Part shown: piece after piece, positions 24,862 through 35,071 of the stretch | Layout: each line of letters opens with the position of its first letter | How positions within the stretch are numbered: the first letter of the stretch is position 1 | NCBI GenBank assembly: GCA_048772705.1 | Contig: JBLWGC010000092.1 | Span: 62,001 to 126,000, forward strand | Direction of reading: 5' to 3' | DNA: 64,000 nucleotides | DNA from: Leidyana gryllorum EB-2025a | Taxonomy: Eukaryota > Protista > Apicomplexa | Made by a program: the position numbers and the translations under genes | The notes under the pieces: generated by a model | Database searches by the model: none | Told to the model about the DNA's origin: nothing | Seen by the model: only the letters and a program-made list of their open reading frames with translations

Positions 24862-24901
24862 CGTCTGTTGATGCACAAATGAATTTCCCAATCAACAGAC
24901 G
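24862..24901. repeat. Perfect 11-bp inverted repeat (hairpin) just upstream of the NTPase start codon
   Basis: CGTCTGTTGAT (24862-24872) and ATCAACAGACG (24891-24901), 18-nt loop. Confidence 0.8.
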
Positions 24902-25437
24902 GATTGAGATATATACAGAGCCGAGCGAGCTCCTTCTTAGAGTTCTTTTGAGCCTACACTACTTTATATAGGTCCAGGTTGGCTACTCTTGGTTGGGGTA
25001 AAAGGACCGACAGACTGAATGTTGCGGAGGCGCTCAGCCGTTATCAGCGCACTAATGCTTTGTGAAGGAGTCTGTTGTTCATCAAGGCCTAGTTTCATCC
25101 ATCTATTCGATACAAATAGAAACACGAGCATGGAAATTCAAAAGTCGCAAATTGGGATGTGGGGGAGGTTAGGGGATCGGTAGGCGTGGATTTTGTGGTG
25201 CCAGATACGTCTTGCTTGAGATGGGACAATACTTGGTTGGACAACCTCTTAACCAACATAAAGTTGCCTCTTCGTTGACGCCCAACACAAAGGAGGCGAT
25301 AAAACTGGGCATCAAAAATGACTGGATGCTTGGGCCTGGTTGGGTTGGGAGATATAATAATTTCAAGATCACTTAGTACCTCTTCCGCGAAAACATTGGG
25401 ACAACCGATCCATCAGACTTCAGCTTTAAGTGTTACC

Positions 25438-25833
25438 ATGCCGAGTCCAGTGGTGGAGTTAAATAAGCAGCAGCTCTATGACCTTCTGAACGCTCACTCC
25501 GGTCCCGAATTTTGTTTACTTGAGTTCTATGCCCCTTGGTGCCCGCATTGCCACGCATTCGTGCCTGAATATGAGCGGGTCGCGCAAGAAGTGAAATCAC
25601 GATTTGGTGATCAGGTCACCGTAGCCCGGTACAACGGGTCTGATAATCCCATCCCTACGGCCTTCGACATCCAGTATTTCCCCTCCTTCTACGTTGCAGG
25701 GACCAAACTTGAGCATCCCATCCCTTACGATGGACAAAGATCCGTCAAAGGGCTCGTATCTTTTCTTGATCATATCCTCCAATTGGCAGCCCACAATCCA
25801 ACTCGCCGTCAACGCTACTCCAGAGCTGTTTGA
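25438..25833 (+). CDS. Single-domain thioredoxin/PDI-like protein (WCPHC)
   Basis: LEFYAPWCPHC, FDIQYFPSF, YDGQRS; no signal peptide or KDEL from ATG 25438. Confidence 0.85.
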   Translation: MPSPVVELNKQQLYDLLNAHSGPEFCLLEFYAPWCPHCHAFVPEYERVAQEVKSRFGDQVTVARYNGSDNPIPTAFDIQYFPSFYVAGTKLEHPIPYDGQRSVKGLVSFLDHILQLAAHNPTRRQRYSRAV

Positions 25834-26481
25834 ACCTCCATGTCACACCTTCTCGTCAGGATAAACGGCATTGTGCTTGTATGATGAATTTGTTGATACT
25901 GAAACAACCATCAACCACATCAGACAGAGGAACTCAGCCGCAGAAACAAACGATAAAGGCAATTTATGACGACGGTAGATTCGAGCGAGAGCGACATGTG
26001 ATAAATGTGTCATGGTGAGGGTGGAAAAGCAAGATGAGGTGTGTGTGTATAAAAAATGACCACGTAACCATTGAAATCATCCGCACTAACCGATGCGAGG
26101 CAGCATAAGGACCGTTTGGCAATCACTATCGATATATAACGCGTTGCTCATCCTTTGCGGTCTCCGCTTTACGCGGAACAGCTGCCGGTTCAGCAACCGA
26201 TCAATATGGTGAGTAGTCAACTGTGTCACAGAGTCAATCAGTCATCAGATACAATTACAGGTACAAAACGGCGTTGCGTCTCGACACGGAACGTGAGTAG
26301 CAGCTCGCTAGGTGTGGTAGGCTCTCTCCTGATGACTGGTGATGCAACGAAAGCTGTTTGACCAGCTTCGGATGCAGATCGTCCATCGGCTCACTGAAGG
26401 TATTCAGGAGCGCTTGGTGACGCGGTGCAGTAGAGGAGGTCTTGTGATTACTCGGCATTGTTTCAGTCTCAAACTTTTTTT

Positions 26482-27720
26482 CTAAATAGCACTAAAACTT
26501 GATGTCGTATATCCCCAACGGCCTAACAGATCTTGTAAAACCGTCCCAGATCCGTACGCGGCCACACTTGCGACCGCTCCATTGATCATCATGATAAGTC
26601 CTGATTTGATGGGGTTCTGATTTGAGAACCTCGCCTGTCAAGAGAGCACAAAAAGAAAATGTGCCAAAGTAGAATAGAAGAGCCATTACCTTGAACATCC
26701 CCAAGATGAACAGAGTCATCAGGGTCACACTACAAGTCACCAAAAAAGCAGAGTGAACGTTACTGTTGCTGCTCCCTGCCAGCCACAGGGTGAAACCCAA
26801 CAACGGGACCATCCCGAATAAGCCAAAGGAGCAGAACATCACGACTCCGCGGAGCAGAGGGCCAGGCCCATTCGAGTCCTCAATCTGTAGTCCCAACTCC
26901 TCCACCATCATATGAGACAGGAAAAACTTGGGATACTTAAAGGCGATGTCGATCATAGCCACCGCGTCCTCGTAACTTATTCCATACTTCGTTTGGTATA
27001 TATCAACCATCTCTCCCTTCTCTCCCTCAGGACAGTTCTCAATCTCCCTGAACAACAAACGTTGGGTAACTGAATCATTTCCTCACCATTCCTCGCGAAT
27101 CTTTTCAGCGTTCACAAATTCGACTTCGGCTTTGGCACTGACATACTGCGAAGATTAACCAGTCGCTCAAAAGAACAAAGTAGCTGATGCACGCCCCGCC
27201 AACTCAGCGCGCACCACCTTTCAGCCACCTACCTCGCCAAATCCCATACTGAACGCGTCCGCCAGAAGGTTTCCGATACCCACAATGATAACCTGACCGG
27301 GCGTAATCCGAGCACCTACACAGCCAGCCACAATAGCGAAAATCGTGACCACCCCATCTAAGCCGCCAAACACCAGAGCCTTCACGATATCGCCCGACGT
27401 GGCAATGTGAGGCTCCTCGTGAGACTCCCCAAAGTACACTGCCAAGTCTTCCGCCCGTAAAGGCCTCGACCCCAGAACTCCTGCGTGTGCTTGTCTGCAA
27501 GTAATGATTGCAAGTGTGTGCCAGCGAATAGGGTGTGTCTCCAGTACCTTGATGCTTCCAGATCACGATTCTGATAGGCTTGACGAGCACCTTTAAGGTC
27601 TCTAGGAATCACTGGAATGCTTCTGCCTTCATTCGGACTGGTCAGAGCTTGATACAGACCTCCCATTGGTGGAGTAAATTTTTCGGGAGAGGAGGTTTCA
27701 GAGCTTGAGCCACTAGACAT
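26482..27720 (-). CDS. VIT1: Vacuolar iron transporter VIT1/CCC1 family, multi-exon
   Basis: KALVFGGLDGVVTIFAIVAG, GNLLADAFSMGFGEYVSAKAE, EIENCPEGEKGEMVDIY, MMVEELGL, FCSFGLFGMVPL. Confidence 0.93.
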
Positions 27721-28420
27721 GGAGGAGAACGCGTTTGAACAAACTAGTGCGACTATCAAGATTAACAAAGGTAAGGGCTCTTTGTATGAACTCAGACACG
27801 TGTGACAGAGTTGGAGAATTGCCGATGTCTTAACCTTTGTGAGCTTCACCTCATCCTCGCCGACCAAATGAAGCTGAATGCCCGGCGGAACCAACTGGCG
27901 AACCAGTAAGCATATACATTATATGTGTCAGTGCAGGCGGCTGGGATTGTTGGGTGTGAGGACGCGCGTTGTTGAGAGGAGGCAGTCATTGGGCTGAGTT
28001 GAATGATTACTGGACCTCTAATTAGGGACGCTAAGCGTCTGGTGGAGCTCCTTGATACGTTCGCTGGCTGTCAAAAGCGTTACTTTGTCGGATATAATCT
28101 CTGCGCGCATCGGCGTTACATGCACCAGAGGGTTTCTGTTGTAATGTCCTTTTTCGCTGTCTTTCAGATTGATCAAGAGGTCATACGAATATGCGAAGCA
28201 CTTTTCCCAGATATCAAGTCGTCAGGCCATCTTTGACTTACGTTCAGCACTGGAAGCGCACGAATTCCTGAAAGAATTCGAGATGGCTTCGCTGGTGAAT
28301 TTGGTGCCGCGTACAGCCGAGGAGGCCAAATCACTGATCCCTACCCTGAACAGGCTGACGGACGAGCAAGTTGCAGGTGTTTTGCACGACATCGAGAAAT
28401 ATAAGTTGTTCAGCCTCTGA
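27719..28420 (+). CDS. RPB4: RNA polymerase II subunit RPB4 (3 exons)
   Basis: MEENAFEQTSATIKINK|ELENCRCLNLCELHLILADQM...|LIKRSYEYAKHF...FEMASLVNLVPRTAEEAKSLIPTL; introns 27771-27807 and 27906-28167. Confidence 0.92.
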
Positions 28421-28487
28421 GGAACTCTCAAGTCGTTACAAAAAGGAGTAGCTATTTGGATTTGCGGAAATATTTTTGGAGCTGTTA

Positions 28488-29358
28488 ATGGAGTCTGAAG
28501 AGGATCGCACTGCCGTTTACGGAGCTTCCCCTCGGGAGGAGAATGCCAAGGAACCAATTGGCGCTGAGGATCGGGGCGGTTCCCCCGTTGATTCCCAGCC
28601 TGAGGATGATTTACCTCCAAAGCGACGCCGCAGCAACGATGGATACAACAGTCACGGCCCGAGCGGTGAGGGCGAATCGCGATCAGAGCGTCGAAGCAAC
28701 CGCAATGAAGGCGAAACTATGAGTTTGCTGGTACGTCACCTCAAGTTCGCTACGCCTCCTGGGCTCGTGCGCAAGTACTTCGAACAGTGTGGTGAGTATA
28801 GTAGTAGCTAGTTCCGTTCTCAATACTACGATAGGCGAGGTTAAGGACGTCTACCTTCCCCTCGACTACGAACGTGGCAACCCCCGCGGTTTCGGATTCG
28901 TGGAGTTCGCTAACGCTCGCGATGCCGAGACCGCTTTGAGAGTGCTTGATGGCACGGAGTTGGACGGAAGTACCATCTCAATATCAGTTGCACAGCATGG
29001 GCGTAAAACCCCTTCCACCATGCGACAACGTTCTTCCGGCAACAGACGGAGGTTCCGCAGAGAGCCATACGACAACTATGACCGATCCGGCTCGCCCTAT
29101 CGGGGCCGCTCCAGTCGCGGCTACCGCGATGGTCGCTACGGCACTCCACGGGGGGGTTACGACTCATACCGGGATGGACCTCGGGGAGGAGACTCATTTC
29201 GTAGCAGAGATGACGAGCCTCCCCGCAGCAGATACGACTACGACCGCTCGTACAGGGACGGACCATCGAACCGCTCGTGGGCTAATGACTACCGCGACGG
29301 TCCTCGTGACTCCGGCCCACCCCGTAGCAGTTACTCCGGTAGACGCGGTAGCCGATAG
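28488..29358 (+). CDS. SR-family RRM splicing factor (SRSF10/SCL-like)
   Basis: SLLVRHL...G|EVKDVYLPLDYERGNPRGFGFVEF...AQHGRKTPSTMR followed by an RS/RD/YRDG-rich tail. Confidence 0.88.
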
Positions 29359-29858
29359 TGGGTGGTCCCCTAAGAGGGCGAGCCTCAATTGTAGCGTCAC
29401 TCTCTGCCCTTCATAGCGAGCAATTAGCTCGTTCGCATTGTCTCCGCTCGCTTGTATGCTTTTAGTGATGATGGAAACCAACTGGAATTGACAGACAGAG
29501 CCTTCGTATAGCAGCGGAACTACCACGCGGGAAGGAGGAGCCCCCTATTTCATGTAAAACCCTCTCCTCCTCCACTTCGCCTTGATTTGATGAGTCAGTC
29601 TCTCTCTGTATATCAATTCTCTCTCTGTGTGTCTAGCAGCATCGCCCCTCAACCACATCATCAAACCTCAGCTCTCAAGCCCCATCGGCAGCCATCCAGC
29701 TGGCACCTGTCTTTCTCCCACTCGACCAAGAATTGCGTTTTACAACCGCACCAAGCCTCCTCTCATAACGCACACACATGATGTCTCAGTTTGCTGTCCC
29801 TCGTTCGCTCAAGTCCAATAAATTCCAAACTTATTTTGCTGTAAAAAGGAGTCACATC

Positions 29859-30125
29859 ATGTATAACAACAATTACGGACACCCGCCCTCGCATGGATAT
29901 CATGGAGGCCCACCGCCGCCGCACCATCACCATCCTCATCCTCACCCTGCGGGACCGCCTCCCCAGCAGTACTATCCTCCCACGGCTGGAGGCTACCCTC
30001 CGCCCCCAGGTCACATGCCGCCAGGCCACATGCCGCATCCCCCGCCGATGCATCATATGCCCCCTCCTCAGGGCAACTACGGATACGGCCAGAACGGCTA
30101 CCCACCCCAGTATCGTCCATATTGA
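29859..30125 (+). CDS. Small Pro/His/Tyr/Gly-rich low-complexity protein (88 aa)
   Basis: MYNNNYGHPPSHGYHGGPPPPHHHHPHPHP...GHMPPGHMPHPPPMHHMPPPQGNYGYGQNGYPPQYRPY; coherent composition across the ORF. Confidence 0.65.
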   Translation: MYNNNYGHPPSHGYHGGPPPPHHHHPHPHPAGPPPQQYYPPTAGGYPPPPGHMPPGHMPHPPPMHHMPPPQGNYGYGQNGYPPQYRPY

Positions 30126-30480
30126 TTTTTACGCTAAAAACCGATGGATGCGCACCGGAGAAACAACAGAAAGCAGGTCATATAGTGTCAAATCAAACTG
30201 TGATTGGTGTAGGAGGCCACGTGTTTCATAGTGTGTGGCACACACTTGGGTGAAGGTTTGGCAACTAAGGTCCCCCAACCAAGCTGCCCACACAGCCGTT
30301 GTGTCGTTAGCCCTCTTGCTAAGAGACAGGAGATAGCTGAGGGCATTGATTGGGGTTGAGAGCATTGATTGGGATTTGGACGATGAAACTTGACACTTCA
30401 GCCGTCCAATTGTGATGCTGTGAGGAATTAGATGCACGATGGCTGTGGGAGGGTCTTTTTTTTCATTTTGCACCCAGCAG

Positions 30481-32610
30481 ATGAAGGCAGTGTATTTGCC
30501 TGTTCAAGAGTATCGGGGCGGTCATCTTCCGCTGGTGTTAACAGCGTCGTTGCCGTCAGCAACGTGCAGTAATTCGTTGGAAGCGGATTCCTCAATCCGT
30601 TCCGAATGCGAAAATGCGTCTCCTCCGCGCCGCCTGATTGATTGGAGTGGGGGATGCCCATTGACCACCCGGAAAGCGCCCAATGAGAGGATAGTGAAGG
30701 TTATGATGAATGTTCTGTTCAATGATTGGGACAAGGATTCCTGGAACGTTAGTCGTCCGAGCCCGGCGGTCGAATGGGACGCTTATAAGAAGAACATCTT
30801 TCACGCCAGCCAGATGCACGCTGGATTTATCACCACGAGTCCCGTCAGTTTTGAGGAACCTGTGACCGTCGCGCACTTTTGCGAGGTGCTGAGAGGTCAG
30901 AAGCTGGCGGAAGTGCAGTTGGAAGCCTACGATGGGGCGCTACGACACTTCGTTCAGTCTCAATTGGCTGGATTCTTGGACGGCAGTGATGGGGGTGAGC
31001 CCAAGTTGGTATTGTCGTTGTGTTCCGGCAAACCCAACTCTGCCTACTCGACCGCCGTTGTGTTCCCTTTGACCGACAGTCCCGTGGAGGGCAGTCCAGA
31101 GTGTACCATCTACAGCTGGCACGCGAGTCGAGTGCTGAAGCTTGAGCTTTTCAAAACGCACACAATGGCGAGGCAGAGGAGCTCAGGAGTCCAATTCTTC
31201 ACCTACAGAACTACTGCCCGTGCTTACGACTTGTCTCAGAAAAAGCCAAAGGCGGCCGAGTGGACGCTGAGTGGCACTCGTCAAGAGGGGCTGGGATGGC
31301 TCAAATACATTGTCGAGGAGCTGCAAGCCGTGGATATGGCGATTAGAAGTCTGGGAGGCTCTGATCTGCCCGCTGCGGATCTCCAGTGGAGTGGGACTGA
31401 GAATGGACGTAGCCTACGGGTGGCTTCAATGAACCACCCCTATGCAACGGAAGCCATTCTTCGCGAATGCGCCTCCCAGGATATCGATAGGACCATTGAA
31501 GCCGCCTGGAAAGACGAACCGGACAACGTCGTCCTCTGGACAGTCGGACACGTCGCTGACAAACAGAGTCGGCAAAGTGTGCGAGTGTTCGGTAACTGCG
31601 CGAAAGCGCAACAGGCTCTGGCACTCAAACACGCGTTCCGGACGGGTTGTTTGAAGCGAGAAGTAACCCTGCGTGAGGTCGACGGATGCATATGTGCGTA
31701 CGACACTGTTGGAGAGACGGACAACGCGGTGTGGGCTTTCGACCCTGCGTCAGACGCGTTTGTTGAGGTTACGCGTGCCGGTGTTCACGAGCGAGTGATC
31801 CCGCGACGCCCAGCTGAGACGGTGGAACTGCCAGTCGAAGCAGCTGAGGTCACTCGAGAGCAGCCGGTCGACGCTGTTTTGGAGAAGGCGCGGAAGGTTT
31901 ATAGAGAGAAGGCTGGAGACCGGGCGACAGCATTGGCACATAATCTTCTGGGGGAGATGAAGCGTAACCGTCGGACAGAGTGCTCATTGGTGGCCGCTCG
32001 TCAAAGCGAAGAGAGTGATGGGAAGTTGCACCTTTTGGTCGACGGGAGAGGGGTGCCAGTGTACTCTAAGACGCTCGTGTCTGCTGCCACTCAGCGCGAG
32101 ACCGCGTTAGGGCTCGATCTCAATCATGCCAAGGCAGGAATGTGGCTGACTGTTCTCAGCGACATCTCCCCAAAGATCGTTGACATAGCACACGACCTGT
32201 GGTCGGATCTGCCAAACCCTCCCAAAACATATGAAATCTGGGCAGCTCATTTGGGCGAGAACCCTCTTTTGTGGTGGGTGGGTACACTGAAGGCCACTGC
32301 GGCTCATCGAGTGAGACGCGGGGCCGTGATACTGCAAGGGTTCCCAATTGTACGGAATAAGATCGCCCACAAGCCCTATACACATATGCTGTCCGTCCGG
32401 GAGGACTGTGAGAGTATAGAATTGCGCTCTTTCGCGGGCGATAAGCTCTGTAGTCTCGAAGACATTCCGCTGGAAGGGACAGATCTACGCAACATAAAGA
32501 CCGCTCTCAGAGAGGCACTAAAGAAGTTCCGGTCTTTCACGATCACTCCCGAAATGATGACATCCCTCGTGTCCCAAGCCGCAAGAATTCTCAATCCCGT
32601 CGTCCGCTGA
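30481..32610 (+). CDS. Orphan A: intronless hypothetical protein (~710 aa)
   Basis: Long uninterrupted ORF with globular composition; no recognised family; start at 30439 or 30481. Confidence 0.75.
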   Translation: MKAVYLPVQEYRGGHLPLVLTASLPSATCSNSLEADSSIRSECENASPPRRLIDWSGGCPLTTRKAPNERIVKVMMNVLFNDWDKDSWNVSRPSPAVEWDAYKKNIFHASQMHAGFITTSPVSFEEPVTVAHFCEVLRGQKLAEVQLEAYDGALRHFVQSQLAGFLDGSDGGEPKLVLSLCSGKPNSAYSTAVVFPLTDSPVEGSPECTIYSWHASRVLKLELFKTHTMARQRSSGVQFFTYRTTARAYDLSQKKPKAAEWTLSGTRQEGLGWLKYIVEELQAVDMAIRSLGGSDLPAADLQWSGTENGRSLRVASMNHPYATEAILRECASQDIDRTIEAAWKDEPDNVVLWTVGHVADKQSRQSVRVFGNCAKAQQALALKHAFRTGCLKREVTLREVDGCICAYDTVGETDNAVWAFDPASDAFVEVTRAGVHERVIPRRPAETVELPVEAAEVTREQPVDAVLEKARKVYREKAGDRATALAHNLLGEMKRNRRTECSLVAARQSEESDGKLHLLVDGRGVPVYSKTLVSAATQRETALGLDLNHAKAGMWLTVLSDISPKIVDIAHDLWSDLPNPPKTYEIWAAHLGENPLLWWVGTLKATAAHRVRRGAVILQGFPIVRNKIAHKPYTHMLSVREDCESIELRSFAGDKLCSLEDIPLEGTDLRNIKTALREALKKFRSFTITPEMMTSLVSQAARILNPVVR

Positions 32611-32682
32611 GATTGAATTACGCAAAACACGACGATAGTTAGCCGCCCCCAAACCCGACATCATAACAGAAATTAAGTTCTC

Positions 32683-32740
32683 TCACTCACTGAGTGTCGT
32701 TCACTCACTGAGTGTCGCTCACTCACTCACTCACTCACTC
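32683..32740. repeat. Tandem TCACTCACTGAGTGTCG x2 plus (CTCA)n tract
   Basis: Visible directly; each unit contains the palindrome CACTCA-C-TGAGTG. Confidence 0.8.
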
Positions 32741-32879
32741 TCCGCACAAAAGTTGTCGCAGCAGAGACTCTCTATCTCTCCCAAAGATCGATCTGAGTCT
32801 ATCGATTTTCCGTATATTTGTTTGTTGAGTGATTCTTTCCGCGAGTGGCATTCAAAAAACTTTTCTCGTTTGATTCAGA

Positions 32880-34259
32880 TTATCTCATAATGAAGCAGTT
32901 GCGCATTTCTCAGGCGACTATCGGCGATTCCAATGCGACTCGGGTCTTTTTGGTGGGGTTGACTCAGACTATGCCGGCAGCAGAATACGCCGCCACCGTA
33001 GATAACACTGTTGTATCCTTGAGCGAGACGCCGTCTGCCCGGCCCGGTTCGCTGGCAGAGTCTATCGCCAAGGCTCGCAGGGCGATGCTCAACAATAGTC
33101 TCCAGGCGCCATCGATCCCCTGGGACACCCATCCCTTGAAATGCGGCCAGCCAGTGACGGCTATGGGGTCGACCGACTGGAAGCTCTTTCCCACAGACGC
33201 TGTGGAGCAACTCCAGGAGGCGGCCAAGGAGGCGGTAAAGAAGGCTCTGAGATTCCGGGTGGAAATGAATGTAAACGAGTTGGATACCAATAATAAGAGA
33301 CCCGCGGAGACGGCACAAAACGCGGCGTCCGTTCTCAACTTGGACGAGTTGGTGACCAAACCCGAAGACGAAAGAGTGCCATTCGACGAGCTGTCGACTG
33401 CTTCGACTCTGTCGCTGAGCGACTTTGACAACCAAACCGCGCTCGACACGTCGGCGGATAGCGGGGTTGACGGGGACTTGTGCTGCAAGGATGAGGAGCC
33501 CAACAGTCCCTTCGAGTCGTCCAACAGTCCCTTCGAGTCGTCACCAGCCAAAGGAGGCAAAGCCACTTTGAAGCCGGAAGACGTGTGCAAAATTATCGCA
33601 ACCCCGGTGTACAGCCCAGGAGAGACTGACAAAGTGATCGGATCGAAGTGCCTTTTTGAGGTCAGCCCGATGAGTGGAAAGGGCCGAGTCGAGTCAGTGG
33701 TTTGTGAGTTCAGCCGCCAATTGCTTGTAGAAGGAGAGACATACGCCGTTGGCCAAGTTGTCAACACCACCACCGGCCGGAAGAGCTTCACGTTCGCGTG
33801 GCCCCTCGTGACTAACAGATTGCCGCCCTGGGATGTGTTGGCTGATTTGGTCTCGGACAACGAATCGTACGGCGCGAACGAATTGTTTGTGTGCCACCAC
33901 AGAGGGGTGCTGTGCCGCATCGACGAATCGAATAGATATCGGGCATGCGGTGACGATCCGAAAAACGCCTTTGAAGAGGAGCAATCCAAACAGCTCGAAG
34001 GGACGTGCCGAAGACTTCTCAGACTTCTCTCCACTCCGCCTAAGCCGACAGTGGCGACAAACCGACCCCCCTTTGTCAGATCACGCAAGGGCGACAGAGT
34101 GAGAAATTTGGTCGCGCAGCACGAAATGTTCTGTGCAAAGGCCAGCGCTCCACCTCCTCCATCCAACCCCAAAATTGAGGTTGGAAAGTCTGTGAGCCAA
34201 TTGCTCAAGAAAGGGGGGTGGGCACCCTTTGGAAACCGAGTTTAATCATTATGAGATAA
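32880..34259. repeat. 14-bp inverted repeat pair bracketing orphan B
   Basis: TTATCTCATAATGA (32880-32893, contains the ATG) and TCATTATGAGATAA (34246-34259, immediately after the TAA). Confidence 0.85.
32890..34245 (+). CDS. Orphan B: intronless hypothetical protein (451 aa)
   Basis: Uninterrupted ORF from ATG 32890; internal 21-bp tandem duplication (NSPFESS x2, ~33500-33541). Confidence 0.75.
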   Translation: MKQLRISQATIGDSNATRVFLVGLTQTMPAAEYAATVDNTVVSLSETPSARPGSLAESIAKARRAMLNNSLQAPSIPWDTHPLKCGQPVTAMGSTDWKLFPTDAVEQLQEAAKEAVKKALRFRVEMNVNELDTNNKRPAETAQNAASVLNLDELVTKPEDERVPFDELSTASTLSLSDFDNQTALDTSADSGVDGDLCCKDEEPNSPFESSNSPFESSPAKGGKATLKPEDVCKIIATPVYSPGETDKVIGSKCLFEVSPMSGKGRVESVVCEFSRQLLVEGETYAVGQVVNTTTGRKSFTFAWPLVTNRLPPWDVLADLVSDNESYGANELFVCHHRGVLCRIDESNRYRACGDDPKNAFEEEQSKQLEGTCRRLLRLLSTPPKPTVATNRPPFVRSRKGDRVRNLVAQHEMFCAKASAPPPPSNPKIEVGKSVSQLLKKGGWAPFGNRV

Positions 34260-35071
34260 CCAAACGGTTTGATCCGTTTAATTAATTATTTACATTTGTG
34301 ATATTTGAGCAAATCACAAACAGACGCACGCACGAACGAACGAACGAACGAATAGACACACAATTAGACCAATAAAGACTGTCGGACGATACGTCCTCCA
34401 CAAAGTTGTCGCAAAGACAATTGCGGCTGGCCACTGCACCATCTAGTAAAAGGCGAGACGGTGATAAGCTATGGCCAACCGGTCTGTTTGCACAAAGAAA
34501 TCAATGCTTTTGCAATTAAAAGACACAACAAATGGGGTTTACCAAAGACGAGACGTCTCCCGCGACCCGACCGTAATTTAGGAAACTCAGAACTGGTCGA
34601 CGAGGCCCCAGGAGACCCCAGGAAACGCCACGTTAATGATCCGAGGGGTGGAGCCACATTTTGTGGAAAGTGGACGAGGACGCGGGGACGCAGCGGTGTC
34701 CGTTCAGCTGCGCGAAACCCGAGGAGACGCGCCGCTCTCTGCAAAAGGTGGACGAGATTCGACTCGACACTGACAAATTGACTGACACAGAGTAACTGGC
34801 GGTGTCAATCAGCTCCAATGCCTCGCGACCTTTGATCGAGACGCGCGCTATTAGAGGGCTAAAGGTGAGATTTCGGTTTGGGAGTTTCCACCACCTTATT
34901 TGTGGCAGTCGATGGCTATTGGGTGAATCTAAGACTGCGATACTTTTCCGTAACTCTTTCTTCGGGTCCTATTTTATGTCATTCCAATGAGTGGATGAAT
35001 CGTATAAAAAGTGGCAAGTTTGGGCAAAATTCCTTTTGTGAATCCATTCTTATTAACTTTCAGTATCTGCG

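Noticed and set aside
26255-26458. 67-aa minus-strand ORF after VIT1
   Set aside because: No motif or convincing continuation; may be VIT1 3' UTR
32964-34208. 414-aa antisense ORF within orphan B
   Set aside because: Non-ATG start, in-register mirror of the sense frame, Ser/Leu-rich shadow composition
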